64,000 bases of DNA. Source: Antedon mediterranea. Taxonomy: Eukaryota > Animalia > Echinodermata. Shown here piece after piece: positions 25,732 through 38,707 of the stretch. The stretch spans positions 1,510,101 through 1,574,100 of the forward strand of contig NC_092677.1 in assembly GCF_964355755.1 (NCBI RefSeq), written 5' to 3'. Both the position numbers and the translations under genes were made by a program. The notes under the pieces were generated by a model, which had not been told where the DNA came from, made no database searches, and saw only the letters and a program-made list of their open reading frames with translations. Positions within the stretch are counted from its first letter, which is position 1, and each line of letters opens with the position of its first letter.

Positions 25732-26847
25732 TATACGTTTAAAATATAAAATAAAAGAAATACATTATTATTATTATTCTTATTATTAATGGAATATCAT
25801 TGGTTTAAAACTACAATCACATACATCTTGTTGTTTTGTTATAGAATACCGTATAGAATAAAGAGAAATCATAACATTGATAAAGTGTTTTCTTTCTCTT
25901 GATTTAACTATTTAACGCGTACAAATTAATAACAGGAAATGTGAATACTGCAATTAGTATCATCATTAACTAAACAAAATATACACAAGTACTTTTAGTG
26001 ACATAATATATACCAATATATAGCAACATGTGATATAGATGAAAACCACAGACATACTTGAAAAATGTAAAAAAAGATATGTAACTAACAACGATACATT
26101 TATTAAAATGTTATTTTCTATTTTTGATTTTTTTTGAATTAAAACTTGCTTGTATTAGACCGAATTTGATTCGTTACTTTGATTTTAATGTTTGAATGCA
26201 TTAGTACATTGACATATAATGACATACTAGAATAGACTAGACTATATAAATTCTTTTAACTCGCGTGTAATTGTATTATTGTTATATAGCATTCTTTAAT
26301 TTAATTCGCCTCGAGATGTGCTTTTGTTGCTTGCTGCCATATTTTTTCAAAGAGTTTAGTAATGATCAAATTGATTTTGAAACGTACAAACTAAATTCTA
26401 GGGACAAATTGGATGGAGGTTTTAAAGTTATGTGCGATTGAAGTTCATTTTCTTTTTTAGGGAAGACATTAAGAAATACCTATAAATATAATAAATAGTA
26501 GTTTGAACTATTTACTGTATTAATACAATTTATTTTAAATAATTGATACTATTAAAAAAGATTAATTGTATCATCTTGATTTGGACGGAAGTACAGTACA
26601 CTATAATTATGAAGGAAGTAAAACTAATATATCACAAGTGTGAATGACAATCCAGAATCATAACAACGACAGGAACAATCAATACTTCAGTATACAATAC
26701 AGTACAGTGTGGTAGAGTGCGAGACAATAATAGTGAAATAGTCACCACCTAATAAAGCGGAAAAGATTTCCATATTTTACAGATTTGTAATGGAGGTGAA
26801 ATGTAAAAATTAATGCGATGATTGTAAGTACACATTTTAAAAATGTT

Positions 26848-27654
26848 TTTAGTCGCGTGGAAGCGACTCTATAGTTCACTAAGTCGGTCGGTCGGTCTGT
26901 CTGTCTGTCTGTCTGTCTGTCGGTCTGTCTGTCGGTCTGTCTGTCTGTCTGTCGGTCCGGTATCACTATGCGTTTTGTCGCTTTATGACCTTATCTTGAT
27001 ATCAGTTTAATCTAGCTAAGTCAATTTTTTACAGAATATTCCTTATGGCCAGGAATCGATGTGGTTATGTTTTCACGGTGCGCAATAAAAAATTACGCGG
27101 TCTACGCACGATTTAACGAAATCACGTTTGTAATCATATCTTAACAACCATGAATCACAATTAAATAAAATTTGGTACTCATAAATTTCAGGGCATAAAT
27201 CATCATATGGCAATACAATTACGTGCGTAGCGCATGTAACGCATGCGTACGCGCGCTTAAAATTTTCAAAATTTATTTTCGATGAAATAAGAGTACGTTT
27301 CAGGCAATTTTAAGCGTTTACAAAATTGCCATGAGTGCGCAGATTTTTGCGCGCGCAGTGCGCGTTAAATGTTATTGCGCACACTTTTTGCCCGATTTCT
27401 GTTTTCTTGACTTAATTTTCAACTCGAAATTACGTTATACGAGCACGTCAAATGTGACAGGCTACGCACGTGTAAATTAAAAAAATATAAATGTTTTTAA
27501 ACATTTCAACATTTTTAAACATGTTCAGTAATTTCGGTCAGTATAGTTCACTATGTCGGTCGGTCCGTCTGTCTGTCTGTCTGTTAGTCTGTTTGTCTGT
27601 CGGTCCGGTATCACTATGCATTGTAGCACGCGACTTAATGGCTGTTGGCCTTGT
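26848..27654 (+). mobile_element. Helentron-associated (DINE-1/HINE-like) non-autonomous element
   Basis: Subterminal inverted repeats agtcgcgtg...cacgcgact, (GTCY)n-like microsatellite and a short 3' hairpin ggctgttggcc. Inserted in a T-run with no TSD (empty paralog site about 5575). Confidence 0.75.
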
Positions 27655-27712
27655 TTCACAAAATGACGCAATCGTAAATCGTTAATAGCTATTTTGTTTA
27701 ATTTATTTTCAG

Positions 27713-30446
27713 ATACAAGTGGAAAGTTTGACAATGTAACAATGATGTGCACTCCTACATTTGTTACAGGAGATTCGTTGCTTCAACTGGTTTTGTCAAA
27801 AGTTAATGTCAGTGGTCAACAAGAAGCTAGCTAGCTAGGCCTTCTTGCAGTACAGAAGTACAGAGCAAAGATCGTTAAAAACAAGGCCAACAGCCATTAA
27901 GTCTGCAAAAAAAAAAAATCTCTGTAATAATGTACTTTAATTACTGTAATAATCTAGGTATAGATTATGTTGACCGGGCCAGTGAGAGGGCGTTCGACTG
28001 TACTACCATAAGTCCTCTAAGTGTATACAACTTACTTCTTGTCTACAAAGTGTATAGTAGTATGCTAATAGTACTATTATTAGATTAGGTAGTTGGGAGT
28101 AGTTTGGAGAGATACATCTAGTACTGTATATGGAACTATCTGTGTTAGCCGCCTTTGTATTTTTAGATATAATACCAATAGGTACTATGTATTGGGATGC
28201 AATTCAACAGTTATGAATAAAAAAGTCCTATGTACTCTGTATGTTGGAGGAAATAAGCATAAGAGAAAATAAAGCCTTGACCACAGGGTGTAAGTCACTA
28301 TTTTGAATCAGTAGTATGACTTCTTACGAAATAATTTTAAAATTATCATTGTATGATCGAAAAGAAATATTATAATATCTAACTTTCTCCTTTATATAAA
28401 TATATTATTTTATCCAAGGGGTTGCTAACACAAGTGTTCACATGTCTTGTTATGTATTGCACCTTTGTCCTGTCTTTATGTTGTCTGTAATGTCACTGCA
28501 CTAACGGGTGACAGGCAAACGAGCTTCGCTCTTACGGTTATCCATCCATATAAGTTGTTCATCTCTTATGTTCAGAAATTGAAATGGTAAATAAACTGAA
28601 ACTGAAACTGTGCTTATGTGGTCCAGGTTGACGAGCCAGGAATGATGGTAGTGCCAGTATACCGTTTAGTTTAGCCTCAAGGCAATACCATGAAGCTGGA
28701 GTAGCTTAGAGAAATACAGTAGAGATTTATGAGACTTGGTGTGTGATGATTCAGTATGATAAATTTGTGCTGTGAAAGACAAAATTGTAGAATTATGAAG
28801 AAAATATTGTAAAATATAACAAGGAAATTATACTATAGTATAATTAAGGGGTAACCGTATAATATATAATTATTAATAATAAATGCAATGGCAATTACTT
28901 ATATCATGTATACATTACAATATTACAAATAAATTCATATATTATTTTATTATAAGGAAATCTGTTTTAGAATGAGAAAAAGCCATCCCAACCCAGATTT
29001 GAACCCAGCTATCAATAAGCTATAAAACAAAATAAACCATATTGTAGCCGGACTGGGTAGCGTATACTTACTTGAGGCCTAGGCCTAGTACGATTAGCTA
29101 GAAGGATACAGGTCAACCCGTACCCATGCCAACTCGCTCGTACCCAAATTTTGGTTTACTTATCCAAAATGTTTGCTTACTCGTACCCATCATGGGCTGA
29201 CTGCCTAGTAGTAGTAGTAGTAGCCTAGCCTAAGGCAGCAGGCCCGGCCCTAGCCTACTACAACTTAAGTCTAGGCCTAGCCTAGTACTAGTAGGCCTAG
29301 CTAGGCCTAGTAGTTAACATCATACATACGCTCTAGAGCTTAGTAGTAGTAGCTACCTAGTACTCTACTAGCTAGGCCTAGGTAGTAGCAGTAGTAGTTA
29401 TTGTAGTAGTATTATTGTATTGTACTATAGTATTAGTTGTTGTAGCTGTCCGGTGGTCCTTGGTCACTTGTCTAACTAGCTACGTCTAGGCTAGATCCCC
29501 TAGTAGGCCTAGGCCTAGTACGTAGTAAAGATAATTAGTTATTCTTCAACAGTCACACAATTCAGATTCTGCCGCTGATTGCTATAGTGAACAGGGGGAG
29601 GGAGAGAAAGAGTTAGAAGAACTGAAATAAGTCGTGACGTATAAAAAACATCATACAAAATAATAATATAACTAACGAATCCGTATAATATAATAATGTT
29701 GTATGTTATAAAGTAAGGTAAATGCGTTTAATATAATACAATTATATTATAATATAATGTATTTTATTAATAATATAATAGTAAATGTTCATAATAATAA
29801 TGCCAAAACCGAATAATATAATACAAATAGTCAATAATTTGTTACATTTTTCACATAATATATTAGAAATAGATATAATATAATGCTAAAACTAAGTAAT
29901 ATAATGCAAAACGTATATTTCATTACAATACAATATATAATATAATAAAACATGATATAATAATATAATATTTTGAATACTTCAGACAGCTGAGGCTTGC
30001 CATAAATCTGGGGTGGGTGCCCACATGATCTGCATCATAAATGCTTAAAAAGTAAAATATGACCTTTGTATGTTTGTCAACATTATACATTATTGTAAAA
30101 CACATGAAAACACTGATCCTTATCTATTAACGAGTGCGGGCGTATATGCATTCAACTGGTCTTGTTGGAATGACGTTTGTTGGTGTGCTCATTGGATTCA
30201 TTATTTGTTTCCTGTGGGTTTTATTATCAGCAAAAGTAACAATAAATAAAAAAAAAAGAAGTCAAAGGTAAAGTATATTCTGATTCATAAAGTAGAATTA
30301 CACAAAAATAGTAAAATGCTCAAAGGTTCAATGAACTACGGTACACTGCACAAGTAATGAAATGTGTTAACATTAAGTTCTTGTTTATGTTTTATTTTAA
30401 AAGGTATCTACATCAAAAAACAACAACAAAATAGGGGTAAGGATAC
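27713..30446 (+). pseudogene. Ig-receptor unit 7 remnant (truncated class A V exon plus degenerate TM and microexon)
   Basis: V fragment about 27713-27826 breaks at ctagctagctagg. The degenerate TM region from about 30016 onward is nearly identical to 16260 onward (unit 4). Confidence 0.65.
29075..29525. repeat. Low-complexity TAG/CTAG/GGCC palindrome-rich tract with a possible foldback TIR end
   Basis: Dense taggcctag, tagtagtag and ctagcct motifs. Near 29104, ggatacaggtcaacccgtaccc...ctcgtaccc repeats resemble the terminus of the 10151 element. Confidence 0.55.
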
Positions 30447-30482
30447 CATACAACTTTCAATACTAATTTTCACTCGTCATTA

Positions 30483-30945
30483 TCTATATATAAAATTACG
30501 TAAGGAAAAAATTTGGTAAATCGCGCCTTACTTCTAGAATTTCTACTCGATGGTATATAAAGTTGGTTCGTACGTTCGGTACTGATTGTAACCACCTGAT
30601 GTAACCCTGTTTACAAATTAAATTGAGTTAGATAATTAGTTATTGACAATTAAAAAGAATTTAGGTTCAACGATTTGCCCCAAATAGGGGTGTTTTCCGA
30701 GTGTAGTATACATTGTCTAATGGATGTCCATCTTGAAAAATACCCGCACACAATAATACTATCTCCTTCTACGATAATTGTGTTTAACAACAACAAAAAC
30801 CGTTTGAACAGCTCGAGTACAGCATCATAATGTTGAAGAAAGGCCGACTTTCTTTTTAAAAAAAAATACTATTTTTATATATTTAATATATATGTTTATA
30901 CAAATGTATTGATTTTCGATGAATGGAACATTCCAATTTGTTGAA
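30483..30945 (+). mobile_element. 5' fragment of non-autonomous Helitron (duplicate of 16720-17150)
   Basis: A|TCTATATATA start, with the same insertion point and flanks as the 16720 copy. Confidence 0.7.
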
Positions 30946-31193
30946 GCTTCAAATTCCTCGGTAAATAGAGGGCGCATTATTTCGTAAGAAGACACTTTAC
31001 AAATAATGGGAAATGTGCTTGTTCACAAAAAAAGTAATATACAGTATCATGGAGGAAGTAAAAAAAAATGTAAATCAATTTGCATTCAGAACCATCAGTG
31101 TCCTGTATATACTATTGAGAGACAAGAGTGGAAGTATCATTTTGGATTTTCAGATTGTTAGGCGTGACCAGCATGTCCTTCTTAACAGAAGTA

Positions 31194-34100
31194 ATGTCGA
31201 TATGTGAGTGTGCACTAATTTTCCTGATTTTCCAAAGCGACTGTAAGTAGAAACTTAATTGTCATGGATGTATAGGGTCCTACTATTATTTCAACATAGA
31301 CTATAAGACTAGACTGGCTATGGACGGTGACGGCGTAACCAATTTTTATTGTATTGTTTGTATTAATTGATTTGTTTCATTAAATACATTGCCACTCATT
31401 CATTTTTGTGTATTTAGTTATAAATGGTCAAAATCCTGTTGTCAGTGTACAAGATACCACTGTTAAATTAGGTGAAGATGCTATTATCTCCTGTAGTTAC
31501 ACACTCAGTGGTACTAGTACTATACAGGCTGTTCAATGGTTCAATAGTAATTCAGATGGAGATGAGTTAGACATCCTTGTTAATACTGCAGATACAAATC
31601 CAAATGGTAGATATGCAGCTGATACCTCACAACCTGGAGTTACTACTCTTACCATTGCAAACACAGTGTTGTCTGATGATGGATACTATCTATGTAGAAT
31701 TGTTGATTCATCTCTTATCCCTGGTAATCAACATGGAAATCTTACTGTTCAGTGTAAGTATTAAAATGTGTCTCAATAACTATATTTTAAATATACTTTA
31801 AATAATGCTGTATAACACTACTACTAACACTAACAAGATAAGTATCTACTATATATTTTGAAAGAAAGACCATTTATTACAGATCTAGAAAACCCTGTTT
31901 TGGAATCCAACACATTATCTGTCATGATAAATGGCACCGCAACATTCACGTGTACTAAACTTATCGGCAAACCAACACCAATTACTGTCAGATGGACAAA
32001 AGAGAATGTTCCACTTGATGGTTCTGATGCAGACAAATATTCATATTCTGATGCAACATTAAATATTAATAAAGTTGATGAAATGGATGAAGGAAGTTAT
32101 CGTTGTGTAGCAGAGAATGCTGCTTACAGTGGAGATGAAGGAAAAGAAAGTAATCCTCTCAAACTTTCAGTGGGTTGTAAGTAAAATTTATTTATGTAGC
32201 TTTAACATGGATATATTATTATTATTCTGATACAGAAAAATATCCATCTTCTGATGCAACATTAATTATTAATAAAGTGAATGAAATGGATGAAGGGAGT
32301 TACCAGTGTGTAGCAGAGAATGCTGCTTATAGTGGAGATGAAGGAAAACGTACTAGTAATCCTCTCACTATCAGTTGGTTGGTTGCAATAACGTTTTTAT
32401 AACTAACGATACAATAATATCATATTTTATTGAGAGCATAGGTATATTTTATTGAACCAAACAGTCTATCATAATTAGACGGAATATTCCAACAATTATG
32501 TATTACTAGATGGTACGCTCGCTTCGCTCGCGTACCATCTAGGTCGTGCCCACAGATGGTTCTCGAATACATAATAATTTCAGCGTTAAAAAACTGGCGA
32601 TTTCAAATGTACGTAGGCTACCGCAGGACAATAATACATGTCGTTTACAGGAACGAATAAATAGACACTGTGATTTATGTACTCAACTAAAATTAGCACC
32701 CTGGGAATTACTTCCGAAAGAGAAACTTGTCACAAAATAAGACCAATTGTTTAAGTAAAATTTAAACAAACTTAAAGATGTATTGTCCCTTTGACTAATT
32801 CCAAAAAAATAAAAAATAATAGATTTCGAAAAAAGGTGGGTCATTTTGAAGTATCATAATAATTATTAACTATCACCAAAAATTTTTCGAAAAAAAAAAA
32901 ATTTAACTGAAATACAGACGGTTTTTTGTTTAAAAAATTACTTTGACTTCCAGTCAAAGTTTTCAATCAAAACATATCCCATAATGAAACGCGCCTGTTT
33001 GGCTACTCTGTATGCATAATCATAAAACTTCCTCATGATCTGTGTGAAAATACCTTCTTAACCGTGACAAGTTGTAAACAATCCTAATTTAGCATATGCA
33101 TAATGCGTACTCATGGTTTGAAATCTTTGTTTACTTTCGCTCATGACGATTTTCCAGATGAAATGTAATCAAACTAATTTACCTGTTAATTACGTAAACT
33201 TGTTGTTTTTGGCTCAAATTTTCGACTTAAAGTGAATAACTTTAATATTAATTTGATATGGCCACTTTAAATTTAGAATATTTTGACCTTCATTTTTTTG
33301 TGTTTCAAGGGACAATACATCTTTAATTTGTGTTTTGTATGTAACATTAGGGTTGAGGGATGGGGAAGAGGATGGGTGCAAAGAGGAACAATGTTAAAAT
33401 ATATTCTTTATCCATTTAGTAACGAAATATTAATTGCTTTCATGTTTTACAAATAATATACCACTAAACACAGTAAAACATTGCGATGTAATACTTTGTT
33501 GAAACTATCACCGTCCTAGTCGATTGAAATAGTACAGCACATGTAACGATACATCACTACGACGTGTATATGTTTATAATATAATGTAAAACAATTTGTG
33601 AAAACCACCTCTATTCGGGGAAAATCATAAATTCGATTTAATCGTCAATAAATATTAAATTATCTAACTCAACTTAATTAGTAGGCCTAATGGTTTTCAA
33701 TTGTTTCTTGAGCCAATTCATACTTAAGTTGGTTCCTACCCTACCCACCAAAGTTGTTCTGCGTTTAGGGCATGTGATGTACCGTAGGCCTATTCTTAGT
33801 ACAGGCTATATGTGACATTTATCCTATGTAACCTTGAAAAAATTCTAATAAAAGGTCTTTTGGTATTTTCTTGTAGCTTTAGGTGTGAATAAATACCAAA
33901 ACATTTTTGCAGCGTTCTAGTTGCTGCTCCTGGGTTTAAAAAGACAAATGTGGTGTCTACATCTATGGTTTAGTGGTCTCTACTGGTTTTACAACGCTAC
34001 TCATGCCAGTGAGGGAAAGGTGATGATGTGGGTGGTTTAACTGCAATAATAAAGATTTGTACATAATATACGGCGAGTGAAAACGCTAGCCCATTATCCG

Positions 34101-37100
34101 TTTAAAAAAAAATTATATCCAACATCTGCAGCACAGATTGAAAACAAAAATGGATCGAATTTCGAGTATACAGTACTGTACTTGCCTTTACGACGCCTGA
34201 GGGAATAGACACTTGTGAAACAGAGATTGGAATGTTCCATTCATCGCAAATCAATAATTTTTTAAAGAAAATCGGCCTGTCTTCAACATTATGATGCTGT
34301 ACTCTAGCTGTTCAACCAGTTTTCAGCTATCTATATATAAATTTACGTAAGGGCAAAATTCGATAAGTCTCGGTTAATTTATAGAATTTTTACTCGATGG
34401 TATATAAAGTTGGTTCATACTTTCGGTACTGATTTTAACCATCTGACATAACCCTGTTTACTAATTAAACTGAGTTAGGTAATTAGTTATTGACGAATAA
34501 AACGAATTTAGGTTCAACGATTTGCCCCAAATAGGGGTGTTTTCCGATCGTGGTATACACTGTCTAATGGATGTCCATCTTGAAAAATACCAGCCACAAA
34601 AATGCGAGGAGGCTTCGCATTTTCCTACCTCCTCCTACGATAATTGTTTTTAATAGCTGAAAACTGGTTGAACAGCTAGAGTACAGCATCATAATGTTGA
34701 AGAAAGGCCGATTTTCTTAAAAAAAATACTATTTTGATAGATTTAATATACGATTATACAAATGTATTGATTTGCGATGAATGGAACATCCCAGAGTTTG
34801 GTTTAACACAAGTAGGTAAATTTATGAGCCCTTGGTTTAACACATACGGTAGGTAAATATATGGGCCCTTTGAGAATAAACTTGCAATACTTTGACAATA
34901 CTGTAAATACTTATTAACTATTTTTGGTCGTCATTTGAATCGAACATTTCTTACTGTGAATGTTCATACTGTTAGATGTAATATAACAAGGCCAACAGCC
35001 ATTAAGTCGCGTGCTACAATGCATAGTGATACCGGACCGACAGACAGACCGACAGACCGACAGACAGACCGACCGACCGACATAGTGAACTATACTGACC
35101 GAAATTACTGAACATGTTTAAAAATGTTGAAATGTTTAAAAACATTAATTTTTTTTTAATTTACACGTGCGTAGCCTGTCACTTTCGACGTGCTCGTATA
35201 ACGTAATTTCGAGTTGAAAAGTAAGTCAAGAAAACAGAAATCGGGCAAAAAGTGTGCGCAATAACATTAACGCGCAGTGCGCGCGCAAAAATATGCGCAC
35301 TCATGGCAATTTTGTAAACGCTTAAAATTGCCTGAAATGTACTCTTATTTCATCGAAAATAAATTTTGAAAATGTTAAGCGCGCTTGCGCATGCGTTACA
35401 TGCGCTACGCACGTAATTGTATTGCCATATGATGATTTATGCCCTGAAATTTATGAGTACCAAATTTGATTTAATTGTGATTCATTGTTGTGAAGATATG
35501 ATTACAAACGTGATTTCGTTAAATCGTGCGTAGACCGCGTAATTTTTTATTGCGCACCGTGAAAACATAACCACATTGATTCCTGGCCATAAGGAATATA
35601 CTGTGAAAAATTGACCTAGCTAGATTAAACTGATATCAAGATAAGGTCAGAAAGCGATAAAACGCATAGTGATACCGGACCGACAGACAGACAGACAGAC
35701 AGACCGACAGACAGACCGACAGACAGACAGACAGACCGACCGACCGACATAGTGAACTATAGAGTCGCTTCCACGCGACTAAAAATATATACAAATAAAC
35801 TTTATTACTGAGATTGTGGTTAGGCTCTACTGATATATAAACACATTATTATATACAAATAAACTTTATACTGACCGTTCCTTCTCAACGTTTGTATTAA
35901 TTAATAATTACCAATAATATAAACGTCATAGTGGTGTATCATGACATGTACTTTGATATTTCAATCGATTATGACAGTGACAGTTTTAACAAAGTATTAA
36001 ATCGCAAATGTTTTACTTTATTTAGAGGTATATTATTTATAGGCCTATAAAACATATTTCGTTACTGAGTGGATAAAGAATATATTTAAAAATTGTTCCT
36101 CTTTGTACCTATCCGCTTTCCCATCCCTCAACCCTAATGTTACATACAAAACACAAATTGGGTTTCTTTAAATTAGTCCAAATAAAAAATTTGGACTCAT
36201 TTTGTGATAAGTTTCTCCTTCGGAAGTAATTCCCAGGGTGCTAATTTTAGTTGACTACATAAATCATCGTGTCTATTTATTCGTTTCTGTAAACGACAAT
36301 GTATTATAGTCCTGCGGTACGTACATTTGAAATCGCCAGTTTTGTTACGCTGAAATTACTGTGTATTCGAGAACCATCTGTGGGCACGACCTAGATGGTA
36401 CGCGAGCGAAGCGAGCGTACCATCTAGTTAAAAACAATTATCGTAGGAGGAGATAGGAAAATGCGAAGCCTCCTCGCATTTTTGTGGCGGGTATTTTTCA
36501 AGATGGACATCCATTAGACAGTGTATACCACGGTCGGAAAACACCCCTATTTGGGGGCAAATCGTTGAACCTAAATTCGTTTTAATCGTCAATAACTAAT
36601 TATCTAACTTAATTTAATTAGTAAACAGGGTTACATCAGGTGGTTAAAATCAGTACCGAAAGTACGAACCAACTTTATATACCATCGAGTAAAAATTCTA
36701 GAAGTAAGGCGCGAATTACCGAATTTTGCCCTTACGTAAATTTATATATAGATGCGGTAATGGACATAAAGCACAACTACACAGTTTAATTATAAAAGGC
36801 CTTTTTATAATATAGAACAAGACAATATATAAAACCAATAGATGCACTGACTATGTTTAAATAACATAATCATAAGTACTTTCTATTTCTTTAGCATTGA
36901 AAACACCTTCTTCTACATCCAGTAGGTCAACTACACGTACGTTTTGTTTGTTTGCATTGCACTAATTGTTTCCTATTTTTAGGTCATATAAGTTTGCGAA
37001 TAAAAAATATGACTATTGTATATTTGTTATGTCACAATCACATGGTAACTCTGATCCTCTTGATTTGTAAATCGTTCGTAAACAGAAGTTCCAAATAGTA

Positions 37101-37633
37101 AGGATGTATGTACTTCAACTGGTCTTGTTGTTGGAATGACGTTTGTTGGTGTCCTCATTGGATTCATTATCTGTTTGATTGTGGTTTTCATCATTAGCAA
37201 AATAAGGAAGATAAAATCACAGGTAAAGTATAATTCAGAAGGTAGAAAAAAAATAGTAAAATAGTCGAAGGTTTAGTGAAATACCATCACACGTAATGGC
37301 AAACGTATTATCATTCAATTTACTTGTTGAAGTTTTATTTCAAAGGCACCGACATCAAATAATGACAACCAATCAGGGGTAAGGAGACTAAACTTCAACC
37401 TTAATTATTCGCTTTCACTTTGATCATTACCATCATTGTTACCAATACACAATAAAGGTTTGCATGATTGTAATTCATCTTACTTTACTGTTGTATTTTT
37501 TTAGCAGCAGGCGTATATGACTTACACTGGAGAGACAGATAAAGAAACAAATCACACATACCAAGATCTACAGAAGAAAGACGATAATCAAGCTGTGTAT
37601 GTGAATGTTAAAGCAAAAAAGGACAACAAATAA
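31194..37633 (+). CDS. Ig-superfamily receptor unit 8 (V class B), apparently intact, with a 4.2-kb Helitron nest in intron 3
   Basis: Exons 31194-31242 (MSICECALIFLIFQSD), 31418-31753 (V), 31883-32173/32176 (I-set), 36895-36921, 37086-37222 (TM), 37346-37378, 37505-37633 (tail). Confidence 0.8.
34330..36427 (+). mobile_element. Non-autonomous Helitron (inner, same family, opposite orientation)
   Basis: A|TCTATATATA start and hairpin + CTAG|T end. Removing it restores the outer element sequence (ttttcagcta|ttaaaaac). Confidence 0.85.
34986..35783 (-). mobile_element. Helentron-associated (DINE-1/HINE-like) element nested in the inner Helitron
   Basis: Reverse complement of 26848-27654. The empty site atataa|aaatatat is seen at about 19000. 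Confidence 0.8.
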
Positions 37634-38707
37634 TATACATGTTTAAAATAAAAATAAAATAAATATATTATTATTATTATTAATGGAATATCATTGGTTT
37701 GAAACTACAATCACGAACATCTTATTGATTTTGTTATAGAAATAAAGAGAAATCATAACCTGTAGAAAGTGTTTTCTTTCTCTTGATTTAACTCTTTAAC
37801 GCGTACCGTACAAATTTAATAAAAAGGAAATTTGAATGCTGCAATTTGTATCATCAATAACTAAACAAAATATACACAAGTACTTATAGTGTCTTATATT
37901 GTCTTTACCAATGGTATGCATAGGCCTATAACAACATTTGATGTAAAGATAAAAACCATAGGCATACTTGAAAAATTTAAAAACAACGATACATTTATTA
38001 AAATGTTAATTTCTTTTTTTCTTTTGTTTTTTAAAATTAAAACTTGCTTGTATTAGACCAACTTTGATTGGTTACTTAGAAATGTTTGAATGCATTAGTA
38101 ATTTGACATATAATGACTATACCAGCATAAGAAGGAAAATAAACTAGACTATCAATGATTTTAACACCAACACACGTGTAATTGCATTATTGTTATATAT
38201 CGTTCTTTAATTTAATTCGCCTCGAGACGTGCTTTGGTTGCTTACTGCCATATTTTTTCAAAGAGTTGAGTTATGATCAAATTGATCTCGAAACGGACAA
38301 ATTAAATTCTAGGGATAAATTGGATGGGGGTATAAAGTTGGGTGCGATTGAGGTCCACTTCTGTATTAAGGAAGACATTTTAAAAATACAACAGTTTGAG
38401 TTTGCACTGTCTGAACGCACTGTATAAATAAGGCCTAGCATCAAGTGTTTAATTAATGGTTACTAATTAAAAAGATTAATTTGATCATCTTGATTTGGAC
38501 GGAAGTACATTACACTATAATTATGAAGGAAGTAAACACAATATATCACAAGCCTAACAAAAGCAGTCTACACTAAAAAAAATAACAGGAACAATCAATA
38601 TTTAAAAGTATACAATACAGTAGAGTGTGGTAGAGTGCGAGGCAATCAAACAGTTATCTGCACATCGAAGCGGGGTTTAAATATTTCAATCATTTTACAG
38701 ATTTGTA

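Larger units (their letters stand above)
32506..36752 (-). mobile_element. Non-autonomous Helitron (outer element)
   Basis: On the minus strand it starts TC (36752) and ends with a GC-rich hairpin (ggtacgcgagcgaagcgagcgtacc) plus CTAG (32506). It is inserted between A and T with no TSD; the empty site gtatta|tgcggtaa is seen at about 24880. Confidence 0.85.

Noticed and set aside
26742-26966. TDRQ-repeat ORF
   Set aside because: It is a translation of the (GTCT)n microsatellite in the HINE element.
31662-31700. CACAGTG heptamers as RAG recombination signals (also near 39281, 41584 and 41909)
   Set aside because: They lie inside V coding sequence or introns, with no ACAAAAACC nonamer at 12/23 spacing seen. 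V exons already include the G strand and a splice donor, so there is no sign of V(D)J-type rearrangement.
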